DNA of 64,000 bases, from IMG/VR virus record IMGVR_UViG_3300012983_000035, positions 1 to 64,000 of that record. One strand, 5' to 3'. Below are positions 19,116-29,908 of this stretch, one piece after another. How positions within the stretch are numbered: position 1 is the first letter of the stretch; every line of letters begins with the position of its first letter. Made by a program: the position numbers and the translations under genes. The notes below the pieces were generated by a model. That model saw only the letters and a program-made list of their open reading frames with translations, was not told where the DNA came from and made no database searches. The DNA comes from a virus (taxonomy: Duplodnaviria > Caudoviricetes).

Positions 19116-19808
19116 TTATATTGCTTGAGAAATAATAGTGATATTTTTATTTATTGTGTCAATCTTATTAGCAACATCATCTAATTTCTCTGACATATTT
19201 AACGAAACTATCTTTTCGGAAGCAGGAATCAATCTTGTTTCAAAATTGGCAAGTTTTGAAATTATTGCTTCTACTTTAGACAATTGTTCGTCAGATATTC
19301 CTTTATTTTTTGTAACATCATATGTGTTCGATGTCATAGCTTTTTCTTCTATAGAGAAATCTATTGATGTTGGATAATTGTTTTTAATGTATTTTTCGAT
19401 ACCTGAAATGATTTGTGTAACTGGCACATTAGTTGTATCTAGTAATTTAATATTTAATGTGTATTCATAGTTACTAGAAATCATTTTTGTTTTTTCTGCA
19501 TTAATTATAGAATCCCACACAACGTATTCGGAATATCCACCATCAGCGTTTCTATCAGTTGCTCTACATAAATAAACAGAATCTCCAGAATTAGTTATAA
19601 TTTGTTCAAGATCTTCATCGGCTACACTTATTACTCTTTCATTTATAGCCAATGCTGTTATATTATAAGTTTGTCTTTCTATCTCAGAGTATGCTAACAT
19701 AGCCACTACTTTAACTTTAGTTCCTGAGATTGTTTCGTAGTTTGTATATAATTGTATGGTAGAACCTACGGTTAGTTTATTGTTTGCCATAAGTAATCTC
19801 CTATTCAT
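19116..19808 (-). CDS. Hypothetical (possibly virion) protein with C-terminal coiled coil
   Basis: 230 aa; AACA-N6-TG motif upstream (19819-19830, minus strand). Confidence 0.7.
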   Translation of the reverse strand: MNRRLLMANNKLTVGSTIQLYTNYETISGTKVKVVAMLAYSEIERQTYNITALAINERVISVADEDLEQIITNSGDSVYLCRATDRNADGGYSEYVVWDSIINAEKTKMISSNYEYTLNIKLLDTTNVPVTQIISGIEKYIKNNYPTSIDFSIEEKAMTSNTYDVTKNKGISDEQLSKVEAIISKLANFETRLIPASEKIVSLNMSEKLDDVANKIDTINKNITIISQAI

Positions 19809-19958
19809 AGTTGTTTTTCATACTAATGTTTTAGATTAAACATATTATTGTAATTTTTAAAACGAATTTCAACAATATATTGTATTAATGACATAGAACT
19901 AACCGGTTTAAAGTTCTATGTACATTTTATAAACAATACATGTATTGGAGGTATTAAT

Positions 19959-20435
19959 ATGGCTAGCGTAACACCAGTAGAAGCTACTGATTTAAACGGT
20001 ATCCAAATTTCACCAATGGACATTGTTTCCGATGAGCTTATCGGATATTGTTCATACGTGAAAAATCTTTGTTCAGATTTAGGAACAAAAAATGACAGTC
20101 CGGAAGGATATAAGAGTTTCCTTGATTTCCAGAAACAAATCCAGGCTGCTAAGATTTCTACATTTGAACCAGAAGATATCCAGACAACTGATAATTTCCA
20201 GAGTTTGGATTTAACTGGAGAAAATGCTGAGATTTCATTCATTCCTGTTGGAAGATTCATGAATATGATGAATCAGATGTTGTGGGCAAATATGGGTATG
20301 CAATTTACACCATTTACACAACAGTATCAAGAAACAAATGACAAGTATCTGTTTAATGGTCAAGGATTAACTCCTTATGACGTAACAGGTAATATTTCTG
20401 CTCCTACTGAACTAGGCGAGGTACTTACAGCGTAA
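19959..20435 (+). CDS. Hypothetical protein
   Basis: 158 aa; GGAGG RBS; TATATT-N7-TG at 19876. Confidence 0.75.
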   Translation: MASVTPVEATDLNGIQISPMDIVSDELIGYCSYVKNLCSDLGTKNDSPEGYKSFLDFQKQIQAAKISTFEPEDIQTTDNFQSLDLTGENAEISFIPVGRFMNMMNQMLWANMGMQFTPFTQQYQETNDKYLFNGQGLTPYDVTGNISAPTELGEVLTA

Positions 20436-20560
20436 TGAAAGGTTTATGTTTAGTTATAGGTTTGATAGTTGGTTTTATAATTGGTATTATTATCGGTTTA
20501 TCACATGAAGTAGATGATGAACCAGAACCTTTATATAAAACTACTTCTAGGTTTGATTAA
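20435..20560 (+). CDS. Small single-pass membrane protein (41 aa)
   Basis: MKGLCLVIGLIVGFIIGIIIGLSHEVDDEPEPLYKTTSRFD; TAATG coupling to the upstream gene. Confidence 0.55.
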   Translation: MKGLCLVIGLIVGFIIGIIIGLSHEVDDEPEPLYKTTSRFD

Positions 20561-20687
20561 ATAATTTATAAGAGGGATTAATTTCCCTCTTATTTTTTTT
20601 GAAAATTTAAAAAATTGTTAAGTATATATTCTATATTTGTGTATAAACGAATTAACTTTAATTTGAGTCATTTTTTGGAGGTAGATT

Positions 20688-22466
20688 ATGGCTAAACAAT
20701 TTTTGAATTCAATGTATAGAGGACCAAAAAGAGGATATGACTCTGTTGCTAGAAAATATGTAAACATGGCCCCGGACGTTTTGATATATACAACAAAAGA
20801 TACAGATACACTGGATACTGAACTTCATGTTATAGAACGACCAAATATAAGCTTTTATTTGTCAACAAAACAACAACCATTTCATAAAGTATCTGTTCCT
20901 TTATCTGAAGTTAGAAAAGTTAAAGTTCCATATGCAGATAGAGATAGAGAAATAGCAAGATGTTTAGGATGTTTGGACGCATACTATAATTCTTCTAAGA
21001 ATGGTTCAGGATATGATTATAAGAAACAAATAATGCGTCATCCTAATTTATACATGGCTGATACACATATAGAAGATTATTATAAAACTTGTTATATCAT
21101 GAGCGAAGGTGAAGCAATTTCTAGTAAATATAAGATGGCGTTTTCTGATATTGAGGTTGATATATCGGAATTGGAAGATGATTTTCCAGAACCAAAGATT
21201 GCTCCATCCAAAATAAACGTAATAACTACCATTTATGCTGAAACTATGGAAGTATATACGTTCATGTTGTATGATCCAAGAGTTAAAAATGATATAGCTT
21301 CTATAGTTAATGATCCAGATAAATTTATATCTGAGTGGTTAGACGAAGATCTTAGAAAAGAAGGTTTTACATTCCATCTTAATGCTTATTCTACTGAGTT
21401 GGATTTAATAAAAGCATATTTTAACGAAGTACATAGACATAAACCTGATTTCATGGCGTGGTGGAATATGCCATTTGATATCCAAACTATAATAAATCGT
21501 CTTAAACGCAATAATTTAACTGATGATGAAATTGCCGAAATTATGTGTCATCCTGAGATTCCTTATAAGCATAAATATTATAAATACATCGAAGATCCTA
21601 AGCGTAAATTATATGAAGCAGGAGAATCAGATGATGATATTGAGGAAGACGATGGTGCATCTAAGAACTCTAAACAAAAACCTCACCCATCAAGATTGAC
21701 TGACTGGGTTGAAATACCAGGGTATACACAACATTACGATCAATTAGCAATGTTTTCTAATCTAAGAAAACGAACTCTTTATCCATCATATAAACTTGAT
21801 GATATTGGTGAAGAGTTTGCTAGTCAAAAGAAACTTAATCTTGCTGATGCTGGATACAATATTAAAACAGTTAATGTTGAAAGTTTTAAAACGTTTATAG
21901 CTTATAACATTAGAGACGTTTTTGTACAATATTGTATTGAGAAAAAACAAAGAGATATGTATCAGTGGGTAGTTTTCTCAGATAATACAAGATTATCTAA
22001 AGGAGGACAACAGAGTATAGTTATTAAAAATAAACTTATGTTGTATCTTTTAAGAGATAATCAAGTTATGGGAAATGCCATTGATTATGATGTGTATGTA
22101 AGTATCCCAGGTGCAATTGTAGGTAGACCTGAATTGTTGGAACAATTTGGTATAGAAATATCCGGTAAAAATAGTTATTTGTTTGAGAATTGTGTAGATT
22201 ACGATGCTGGTTCTCTATATCCGTCTTGGATAATTTTGTGTAATATATTTAAGACAGCTTTGTTTGGACATGTTGTAGATATACTGGTAAAAGATCCGTC
22301 TAAGGTTGAAGGATATAGATCGTTAGGTGAAGGAGAAGGTTTGTTCTCGGATATACAATGTATTGATCAAGCTATATTTGATGTAGCAAGCATTTATATG
22401 GGATTACCTAAACCTGAAGATATAATGAATGAACTTATGACTTATGCTATGAGTAAAGCATGTTGA
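20688..22466 (+). CDS. Family-B DNA polymerase, N-terminal part (3'-5' exonuclease + motif A) of a split enzyme
   Basis: ExoI FSDIEVD, ExoII WNMPFDI, YKLDDIG, ExoIII YNIRDV, motif A DYDAGSLYPS; no motif B/C seen. Confidence 0.88.
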   Translation: MAKQFLNSMYRGPKRGYDSVARKYVNMAPDVLIYTTKDTDTLDTELHVIERPNISFYLSTKQQPFHKVSVPLSEVRKVKVPYADRDREIARCLGCLDAYYNSSKNGSGYDYKKQIMRHPNLYMADTHIEDYYKTCYIMSEGEAISSKYKMAFSDIEVDISELEDDFPEPKIAPSKINVITTIYAETMEVYTFMLYDPRVKNDIASIVNDPDKFISEWLDEDLRKEGFTFHLNAYSTELDLIKAYFNEVHRHKPDFMAWWNMPFDIQTIINRLKRNNLTDDEIAEIMCHPEIPYKHKYYKYIEDPKRKLYEAGESDDDIEEDDGASKNSKQKPHPSRLTDWVEIPGYTQHYDQLAMFSNLRKRTLYPSYKLDDIGEEFASQKKLNLADAGYNIKTVNVESFKTFIAYNIRDVFVQYCIEKKQRDMYQWVVFSDNTRLSKGGQQSIVIKNKLMLYLLRDNQVMGNAIDYDVYVSIPGAIVGRPELLEQFGIEISGKNSYLFENCVDYDAGSLYPSWIILCNIFKTALFGHVVDILVKDPSKVEGYRSLGEGEGLFSDIQCIDQAIFDVASIYMGLPKPEDIMNELMTYAMSKAC

Positions 22467-22469
22467 TTG

Positions 22470-22504
22470 ATAAGAGGAGCTTAAATTGCTCCTCTTATTT
22501 TTTT
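22470..22504 (+). terminator. DNA polymerase terminator directly upstream of cassette C
   Basis: ataagaggagc-ttaaatt-gctcctcttat plus T-run. Confidence 0.8.
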
Positions 22505-22514
22505 ATTATATCTA

Positions 22515-22788
22515 TTCTAACTCATGTGGTTCTACTTCTAGGTTAGATGGACTAACATCATGTAACACGAGCTCAACATGTAATTTTGGATGTGGAAATA
22601 ATGGATGTCACTCGCGGTGTAGTCACAGTAACTATAGTGAGTCTGGGTGCAATCCGTGCGCCGATTCATGCCTGAATAGTTGTGGTGGTGGTGGAGGAGC
22701 CAGTTGTTCAACTATTTGTTATAATAGTTGCGATTCAACGTCATTTGTAGCATCTGGGTGTTCATCTTCTTCTTGTTCGGCAACAGGC
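22515..22788 (+). other. Cys-rich cassette C without a credible start
   Basis: SNSCGSTSRLDGLTSCNTSSTCNFGCGNNGCHSRCSHSNYSESGCNPCADSCLNSCGGGGGASCSTICYNSCDSTSFVASGCSSSSCSATG (15 Cys); 5' arm ttctaactcatgtggttctact identical to B; 3' arm 22762-22787 matches 5859-5884 at 25/26; only candidate start is a TTG inside the terminator hairpin. Confidence 0.85.
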
Positions 22789-22847
22789 CGCAATATATTT
22801 TATTATATTATATTAAACATCTCGTTGAAACTGTTAGGAGTTATTAT

Positions 22848-23291
22848 ATGGGTAGAAAAAGAAAGATTCCTAAAGAATCAAAAAGTTTGAAATACATGTA
22901 TTTTATAAAAGTGAATCTTCATGATGAAGACACTTTGAAATTTGGTATCTCAAATAATGTAGTGCGACGAATGACTGAATATAATAATTCTGAAACGGTC
23001 GGTGAATTGAAAGAGGTATTAGATGTTTTTAAATGTGATCATCCAGATCGCATTGAAACTTTTACAAAATGGAAATTAAGAAAATACACTAAACCTGTTA
23101 TGAGCCAGGAATATTTTACAATTGATAATTACGCTTTATCATTGGACATTGCTAAATCTTTTGCTAACGATTTAGGATATAGAATGAGAGAAACCTCGTT
23201 ACAAGAGATAAAGATAAATAAGAAAATTGAAAAACCTGAGAATAAAGATTATGTGTATTCTAAAACAGAAGGTTGTACACCTTTTGATTAA
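22848..23291 (+). CDS. GIY-YIG superfamily (T5orf172/MUG113-like) nuclease
   Basis: YMYFIK...LKFGISNNVVRRMTEYN...IE...EYF; AGGAG RBS. Confidence 0.7.
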   Translation: MGRKRKIPKESKSLKYMYFIKVNLHDEDTLKFGISNNVVRRMTEYNNSETVGELKEVLDVFKCDHPDRIETFTKWKLRKYTKPVMSQEYFTIDNYALSLDIAKSFANDLGYRMRETSLQEIKINKKIEKPENKDYVYSKTEGCTPFD

Positions 23292-23301
23292 GGAGATAAT
23301 A

Positions 23302-23832
23302 ATGGTAAAAATTAAAATAAATAAAAATAAGTCAAAACCAAAAGCAGTTAAAAGAAAAGCTGTGCTGAGGAAACGACGAGATGTATTAGAAGTAACAAAT
23401 GATAATGTGTTTGATTCTAATTACGCTGATGAAGAAGATGAACAGTTATTTAGGATTCATAAAAAAACAAAAGTTCATTTTGAAGAAAAACCTCATGTAG
23501 ATATTTTCAAAGTAACTAGATTTAGATGTAAAAATGATCCTTCGTGCGATGAAGATGATAATCATTTTTATGAAAGATTAAACGAATTGATAGTTGCTAG
23601 AATGAGAAATAGTAATTGTAAAGAAGTTGCATCTGTTTCTTTTTTAAACGATGATACAGCTATCATAACGTTAAAACGTAAATTTAAACTTCTATCACAA
23701 AACCCTACATATGCTACATTTGCTGCTTTAGATGATCTTGAAGTTAGAATTAATGAAAAGATCGATAATGTATATAGGCGTATTCCTAGTATTGATGAAA
23801 TTAATAGTATAGCTAGTAGTTATAGCGATTAA
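23302..23832 (+). CDS. Hypothetical protein
   Basis: ATG after AAGGAG; basic N-terminus. Confidence 0.7.
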   Translation: MVKIKINKNKSKPKAVKRKAVLRKRRDVLEVTNDNVFDSNYADEEDEQLFRIHKKTKVHFEEKPHVDIFKVTRFRCKNDPSCDEDDNHFYERLNELIVARMRNSNCKEVASVSFLNDDTAIITLKRKFKLLSQNPTYATFAALDDLEVRINEKIDNVYRRIPSIDEINSIASSYSD

Positions 23833-23910
23833 TTAGAACAAAACTTTTTACGATTATATATTATTTATGTGAAATCTTGCAAGAGAAATTAAACTATAAG
23901 GAGGCCTCAG

Positions 23911-24150
23911 ATGGCAAAAGAATCATTTTCACGCTCAGATGTGAAAAATATTAAACACGGCGCCGTGTTTGGAGGATTAATATTAGGCGCATTGGCAACC
24001 CTAGGTATTGGAATTTGTATTAAGAAAACAACTAATGCAAATTTAACTAATGGAACAACTGATCTTTTTGATAAAGCAGTTGATAAAATTAAGACCTTTC
24101 TTGATGAACGAAAAGACAAGAAAGAAGGAGCTAAAGAAGTAGATGAATAA
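23911..24150 (+). CDS. Small membrane protein
   Basis: GAVFGGLILGALATLGIGIC segment; AGGAGG RBS; TATATT-N7-TG at 23857. Confidence 0.7.
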   Translation: MAKESFSRSDVKNIKHGAVFGGLILGALATLGIGICIKKTTNANLTNGTTDLFDKAVDKIKTFLDERKDKKEGAKEVDE

Positions 24151-24640
24151 GAATTGTCAAAGATTGGTTTCAAAAATATTAAAAGCAACTCAAAAGAAAA
24201 TCCAGGATTACGATGAAACAGAATTATCAGAATTTCTTGTTGATTTGTGTGAAGTAAAGTATCAGAATATGATACTTTCTAGAGCTAAATCTGCTAAAGC
24301 ATCTGGTAAAATTTGTTTATCAGTACATTATTCTGTATTGTATGATGAAGTTGATAATGATATTGTTAGAAATGATGTTAACTTTAAATGGTTGAATGAT
24401 CTTGTTTCTGATAATAAGGAAAATATAGACGTGTACATTTACTCGCCAATATTCAGAGACAATTCAATTGTTGAAGACCTTAAACGTGATCTTGTTGACA
24501 ATAATTATGAAAATTTGGTTGATAATGTGTTCTTTAGTGGACAGTTCATTGATGATTCAATTTACATTTATAGTAAAGCTTATATTTATCAAGGAAAGTT
24601 ACCTGATTTTGACACGATATCATCAATAGCTTCTAGATAA
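24143..24640 (+). CDS. Hypothetical protein
   Basis: 165 aa; overlapping start; followed by a terminator. Confidence 0.7.
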   Translation: MNKNCQRLVSKILKATQKKIQDYDETELSEFLVDLCEVKYQNMILSRAKSAKASGKICLSVHYSVLYDEVDNDIVRNDVNFKWLNDLVSDNKENIDVYIYSPIFRDNSIVEDLKRDLVDNNYENLVDNVFFSGQFIDDSIYIYSKAYIYQGKLPDFDTISSIASR

Positions 24641-24708
24641 TATTCATAAGTGGAGTTAAATGCTCCACTTATTTTTTGCATATATATTATTTTTTGTGGA
24701 GGATAATA

Positions 24709-25404
24709 ATGGTAAATAAATCTGTTGAAGAAAAAGGAATTTTATTATTTAAACATTTTGTACGATTCCTTGAAATATATGGTGCGGAAAATTATGGTGA
24801 ACGTTTTGAAGTTAATTGGCCAAAAGTATTTAAGTTTTGTAATAGCTATCATCTTTTAGATTTTAGAGAAGATCTTGAAGAAATAGTATATTCCGATAAT
24901 GATGAAGTATTTAGAGACAGATGCTTCAAATGGATAGAAGACCAGATATTAAATGGATATCCTGTTTTTGAATTATTTAAATTAGATGATCATTTGTTTT
25001 CGATTCTTCGTGATGAATATCGTTTATCTGAAATTGAAAAAGATAAAGAATATTTTAATTCCATGAAATGTTATAGATGTAAACATTTTTACGATGATCC
25101 TCATTATATAGGAAAAGATAATTTCTCACATTCATTCAAGACTTCAAAAGAAGGTTATATACCTGGTACTCGTATATTACATCTTATAAATTGTCTAAAG
25201 AGAAAAGAATTGTCTGAGAAATCACAAAAGCATATGTTTGATGATGAGTCTTTTGAATTTTCTTATAAGAAGTTTAATGGTGACACTTATGATTTGAGAT
25301 CTTGGAAACTTGTACCATCAGAACATAAAGACTGTCCATATTTTGAATTAGATGAAAATATGACATATGAAAAATTTATAGAAATGTATGGAGAAATTAT
25401 GTAG
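24709..25404 (+). CDS. Hypothetical protein, possible Zn-binding Cys cluster
   Basis: CYRC...C...CPYF; GGAGG RBS. Confidence 0.7.
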   Translation: MVNKSVEEKGILLFKHFVRFLEIYGAENYGERFEVNWPKVFKFCNSYHLLDFREDLEEIVYSDNDEVFRDRCFKWIEDQILNGYPVFELFKLDDHLFSILRDEYRLSEIEKDKEYFNSMKCYRCKHFYDDPHYIGKDNFSHSFKTSKEGYIPGTRILHLINCLKRKELSEKSQKHMFDDESFEFSYKKFNGDTYDLRSWKLVPSEHKDCPYFELDENMTYEKFIEMYGEIM

Positions 25405-25485
25405 ATTGACTATTAAAATAAAATGCAATTAACTTATAGATGATTTTTAATCATCTAATAACAAGAGGAAGAAAAGAGGTAACAG

Positions 25486-26994
25486 ATGAGAGAATTTCTT
25501 AGTAAATTTTCAGATAGGTATGACACTTTAAACGAAGATATCATATTGAATATTAGAAAAACAGATTCTATTGTTGAAAAGATAGAAGAAACGTGTATCG
25601 AGTTAACTAAATCGCTTAGCGAATATGTTACTTATTTAGGATTTGATTGGGATGATTCTAAGAATAAATTTAAAGAGGTAAATTCTAATTCTAAGAAGAA
25701 AGATTCTAAAACTGGTAGATTCGAAAATGTACAGTATGTAAATGTGAATCACACTTATTCCAGATTAGCAGTATTTCATTTTAGGATTAAATGGATAGAT
25801 CCTAGAACAGGTGAAGTTACTATTAAGAAACTTGATATGCCTGTGTATATTCCATTGATATTTGATAATTATCATTACTTTATCAGAGGAAATAAGTGGG
25901 CTTGTCCTTATCAGCTAATAGACGCAATTACTTATTTAGGTAAAGGTAATTCAATTGTATTAAGGACTCTAACTAGAGCAATAAAACTCTCAAGAGAGAA
26001 TACAACTATTAAAGATGCTCACGGTATAGAATTTAAAACAAATGAATTCTACACACATATCTCGAATAAAAAGATTCCATTCGTATTGTATTATTTCGCA
26101 TATTATGGATTCTTTAGGACACTTGAATTCTTTGGCGTTCAAAAATATGTAAAAATATATGAAGATTGTCCTGTAGAACCAGATGACGACGTAATATACT
26201 TTAAGTTTGGTCAAGTTTATTTGGGAGTAGATAGAGATAAATTTAATTCTATCTATGAATTGAAACAATTTGTTGCTACTATATTAGCTTTAGGTAGAAA
26301 GAATCTCATCCTTAATCAGATTAAAGATGCTTTCTATTGGCGAATGGTTCTTGGAACTTATGTTTCGTTGACAAAATCCTACGATCAAGGTGCAGCTCTT
26401 CTAACAACATTTGCTTGTTGTATAGATACAAGAACAAAAACAAATATAGCAACTATAGCTGGTGGAAGTCCTAAAACAAATGCGTTTACTATTCTTCGAT
26501 GGATGTTCTTAAATTATTCTCAGTTATCAAATAAAACAGTTTCAATATATAACAAACGAATTAGATACGCTGAATATTTGGTAACACCTTTGACAAGAGA
26601 ATGTCAGACAAGACTTTATAGATTTTTGAAGACTCGACCTAATATGCGAGATGCTAAAAGAATTTATGATATATTTAAACCTAGCCCAAGTATTTTATGT
26701 AATGCAATTGTTGGTAAAGCTAAAAATAAAAATCAAATGTTAAATGTTGCTAAGTATAGTAACCAAGTTAACGATTTAGTTTTACTAAATACTGCGTTGA
26801 AATATACTTGTGCTGGTCCTAGTTCTGCATTGGAACATTCTGGTAAAAGAGCAGCTATTGGATTTAGAATCTTTGCTCCAAACTATGTAGGAAAGGTTGA
26901 CGTATTGTGTACACCTAACTCGTCAGTTGGTACTGCTGGAAACTTTACTCCTTGGGTAGACGTAGATAGCAAGACACTTACATTCAATCAATAA
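25486..26994 (+). CDS. RNA polymerase beta-like subunit, N-terminal half (non-virion RNAP type)
   Basis: PVYIP...YFIRGNKW, LKYTCAGPSS, NYVGKVDVLCTPNSSVGTAG; complements the beta-C gene at 62111. Confidence 0.8.
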   Translation: MREFLSKFSDRYDTLNEDIILNIRKTDSIVEKIEETCIELTKSLSEYVTYLGFDWDDSKNKFKEVNSNSKKKDSKTGRFENVQYVNVNHTYSRLAVFHFRIKWIDPRTGEVTIKKLDMPVYIPLIFDNYHYFIRGNKWACPYQLIDAITYLGKGNSIVLRTLTRAIKLSRENTTIKDAHGIEFKTNEFYTHISNKKIPFVLYYFAYYGFFRTLEFFGVQKYVKIYEDCPVEPDDDVIYFKFGQVYLGVDRDKFNSIYELKQFVATILALGRKNLILNQIKDAFYWRMVLGTYVSLTKSYDQGAALLTTFACCIDTRTKTNIATIAGGSPKTNAFTILRWMFLNYSQLSNKTVSIYNKRIRYAEYLVTPLTRECQTRLYRFLKTRPNMRDAKRIYDIFKPSPSILCNAIVGKAKNKNQMLNVAKYSNQVNDLVLLNTALKYTCAGPSSALEHSGKRAAIGFRIFAPNYVGKVDVLCTPNSSVGTAGNFTPWVDVDSKTLTFNQ

Positions 26995-27084
26995 CAAAAT
27001 TGCTGGTCTTTTATGACCAGCAATTATTTTTTATATAATATTAAGAAAAACTTTATAATGAAATTTTATAAGGAGGACAGCATT

Positions 27085-27870
27085 ATGGCTAAGGAAAAGA
27101 AACCAGTTAAAAAACAATTTGTAAAGAGAAGTAATTTCACAGAAGATGCTGTTATGGATATTAATTTCTTTAAAGAAGATATAGATGAAATGGATATCCA
27201 ATATGAAGAATCTAAAAAATTGTATGACGAAATACATGAACTTTTTGCCAGCACTACTGGTGGAGACTATGTTCCGACTAGAAATCTAAGGGATATATCA
27301 GAATTAACAAAAGCATTGAGCACAACAAGAAGTTTATGTGTTGATATTATTAATAAACGAAACGGAATGAAGAAAACGCTTGTAGATATTGTTTCTAAAC
27401 GAAAAGGAAATGAATCTGAGAATGATGTTATATCTGAAACAGCAAGAAAAATCGTTGAGTGTGTAAACGCTCAAAGCGTAGCTGATGCTGTTAGAAGCGC
27501 AACTGTTAAACCTGACGGTACAAGAACAGTAAAACCTGCTGTAAATCAAATAATAAATCATACACAGGACGAATCAAATTTATTAGACAACGCTATTAAT
27601 GATGCGTTGAAAAAAGGTAAAATCACTATGACTAAAAACGATGAATGTATTGCTATTGCTGATTATATAGTTCCTAAATTTGATCAAGAAACTAAACAAA
27701 TAGTCGCAGTTGATAGACGTAATGGACAAGTGGTTGAAGGTTTCCCTAAAGAGCGTTTACCTGAAGGTAATATTACTAATATTGAAGATGGTTTTGTAAG
27801 ATTAAAATCTGGAGAATCTGTTGGATTTCTTGGTGATGATGATTTTGATCCAGATGATGTGGAGGATTAA
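27085..27870 (+). CDS. Hypothetical protein
   Basis: ATG after AGGAGG; coiled-coil-like N-terminal half. Confidence 0.75.
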   Translation: MAKEKKPVKKQFVKRSNFTEDAVMDINFFKEDIDEMDIQYEESKKLYDEIHELFASTTGGDYVPTRNLRDISELTKALSTTRSLCVDIINKRNGMKKTLVDIVSKRKGNESENDVISETARKIVECVNAQSVADAVRSATVKPDGTRTVKPAVNQIINHTQDESNLLDNAINDALKKGKITMTKNDECIAIADYIVPKFDQETKQIVAVDRRNGQVVEGFPKERLPEGNITNIEDGFVRLKSGESVGFLGDDDFDPDDVED

Positions 27871-27873
27871 TTT

Positions 27874-29901
27874 ATGTCGAACGTTGTAATTACAGCAACA
27901 GAATCACAATTTTCTGTTATGAAAAATAAAATATCAATTGCTTATTTTTTGTATGATTCTAATGGTAAAGCCGTGTCTGATAATATAACAGCTGTTAAAC
28001 AAAAAATTACTTTGTCATATGATTTATATATGGAGAACACAACAGAAGATTATACTGATGAATCCGAATATGGACAAGGTGAACGAGAAACACATAATAT
28101 ATTTGATAGTATTATTGGTGATACTCCTATAAAAACAACAACGATTTATCCCCAAGAGTATTCTCCCGATAAAATATCCGAGATAATAAAGAATTATTGT
28201 GAAGATAATAAAAATATTAATAATATTTCAATATCTGTTACAAATCCTAATGGATCAATAAGTGTAACCACTGAGTTAATACAATATCTTTTTGATACAT
28301 ATGAAAATATTGAAATTGATATGAATGGTATCTCAAGTTGGTTAACGTTTCCTGATGGGACACACAGTATTAAATCTCTTTCAGTAATGAATTCAAATAT
28401 AATATTGAAAGATAGTAAATTTTTGTGTGAAAATGATATCAATTTAAATAATTGTTCAATAAAATCCATTTATGACGATAAACAATCTGTTGCAGATTTC
28501 GTTTCTAATAAACAGATTTATGTGTCGTCTATTTATATACCTAATGTTATAAGTGTAGGATTTGGTATAAATACTAATCTTCCCGTTCCTATTTGGAAAA
28601 AAACAAATATCAATATGAGTAAGATAAATGTTGTTTGTGAGGATAAAGAAGTTAGGAATTCTACTAAACCTATTATTAGAGTTTTAGGTTCGTATACTAC
28701 TTCTATATCTGAGGTAAATTGTGTTTATGATATTCCTGATTATAATATTTTGACTCTTATTGGTGGAAAAGAATATAATGTTTCTGATATATCAAGAATA
28801 ACAATGGATCAATTGAGATCTGATACTATTAGTATCCATAACGTTCCAAAGTTTAAACTTTCTGGTTTAACAGTAAATTCTATTGGTCGATATAGTGAAT
28901 CATTAAGTGTAATCAAAATATTGAATCCTCCTATTAACTCTGATTATTCTATTAGCAATTTTAATCTGTCTAGTGTAAATCTTGTAAACTTAACGAATGT
29001 TACGCTAAATAAACTTGATATAAGCGATGGTGTTTGTAAAGACAGTTATGATTTTATTAGATCTAAAGGAAGCGGAATAAATAAGATTATAATAAATGAT
29101 GTAGAAGTAGAAGGTAATACTGCTACTTTGAAATTTACAGCAGGATTAGTTGATAATTTAACATTGAAAATGGATGATAATATTTCTATAACCAATATAG
29201 ACAATTTGGTAATAAATAATTCTTCATTTGATTCTAAAAAAGATATAATTGTTGATAACTGGTATAAAAGCGATTTTAGTTCTAACAGTACGATGTATTA
29301 TGCTAAAAATATTACGTTTGATAGAACTAAGACTATCGGCGATGACGTCGATATGACAGATATACCTGATCAGTTAATTTCATTGTTTAAATGTGAACTT
29401 GTAGGTTCGTTCTTTGCTAACAATGTAGATTTTGTTGATGCTTCTGAATCTCATTTTAGAAACGTGTCTTCGTTAAAACTAGATAATGTAACCAGTTTAT
29501 CAATTGATAGTAACATTTGGTATAATGATGGACCTATAGATTTGTCATTTAACAAGTGTAATTTGTTGAAAACAAATATTGCTGCACACAATATAAATAG
29601 AAAAGCTAAATTTGTTTTAACAGAGTGTACAGGTAATTTAGGAATCAGAGCTTTAGATGATGATGATAAACGAACTATTATCGTAAATATTATAAAATCT
29701 GTTTTAACTGTGTTGATTAAAAATGAATCAACTGCTTCGTTAGTCGTTGAATGTGATAGTAATAAATCTTTAGGATCTAAGATATTAGGAGATGGAGTTT
29801 CTATAACACCATTAATATCTTGTGAAGATTTTAAGAATTTCGAATATACCTCAGAAAACAAATCAGCTGATGAAGATCACGTTTATTATGGCAATTATTA
29901 A
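27874..29901 (+). CDS. Putative beta-solenoid (virion?) protein
   Basis: 675 aa, rich in I/V/N/S beta-strand-like repeats. Confidence 0.55.
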   Translation: MSNVVITATESQFSVMKNKISIAYFLYDSNGKAVSDNITAVKQKITLSYDLYMENTTEDYTDESEYGQGERETHNIFDSIIGDTPIKTTTIYPQEYSPDKISEIIKNYCEDNKNINNISISVTNPNGSISVTTELIQYLFDTYENIEIDMNGISSWLTFPDGTHSIKSLSVMNSNIILKDSKFLCENDINLNNCSIKSIYDDKQSVADFVSNKQIYVSSIYIPNVISVGFGINTNLPVPIWKKTNINMSKINVVCEDKEVRNSTKPIIRVLGSYTTSISEVNCVYDIPDYNILTLIGGKEYNVSDISRITMDQLRSDTISIHNVPKFKLSGLTVNSIGRYSESLSVIKILNPPINSDYSISNFNLSSVNLVNLTNVTLNKLDISDGVCKDSYDFIRSKGSGINKIIINDVEVEGNTATLKFTAGLVDNLTLKMDDNISITNIDNLVINNSSFDSKKDIIVDNWYKSDFSSNSTMYYAKNITFDRTKTIGDDVDMTDIPDQLISLFKCELVGSFFANNVDFVDASESHFRNVSSLKLDNVTSLSIDSNIWYNDGPIDLSFNKCNLLKTNIAAHNINRKAKFVLTECTGNLGIRALDDDDKRTIIVNIIKSVLTVLIKNESTASLVVECDSNKSLGSKILGDGVSITPLISCEDFKNFEYTSENKSADEDHVYYGNY

Positions 29902-29908
29902 AAAAATA

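Noticed and set aside
1-22788. Diversity-generating retroelement as the explanation for the cassettes
   Set aside because: Interiors differ in length and throughout, not only at adenines, and no reverse transcriptase is visible in the window.
22486-22890. 134-aa ORF as an expressed Cys-rich RiPP precursor
   Set aside because: Its TTG start lies inside a terminator hairpin, the sister cassette B has no start codon at all, and no peptide-modifying radical SAM gene is adjacent. Not fully excluded.
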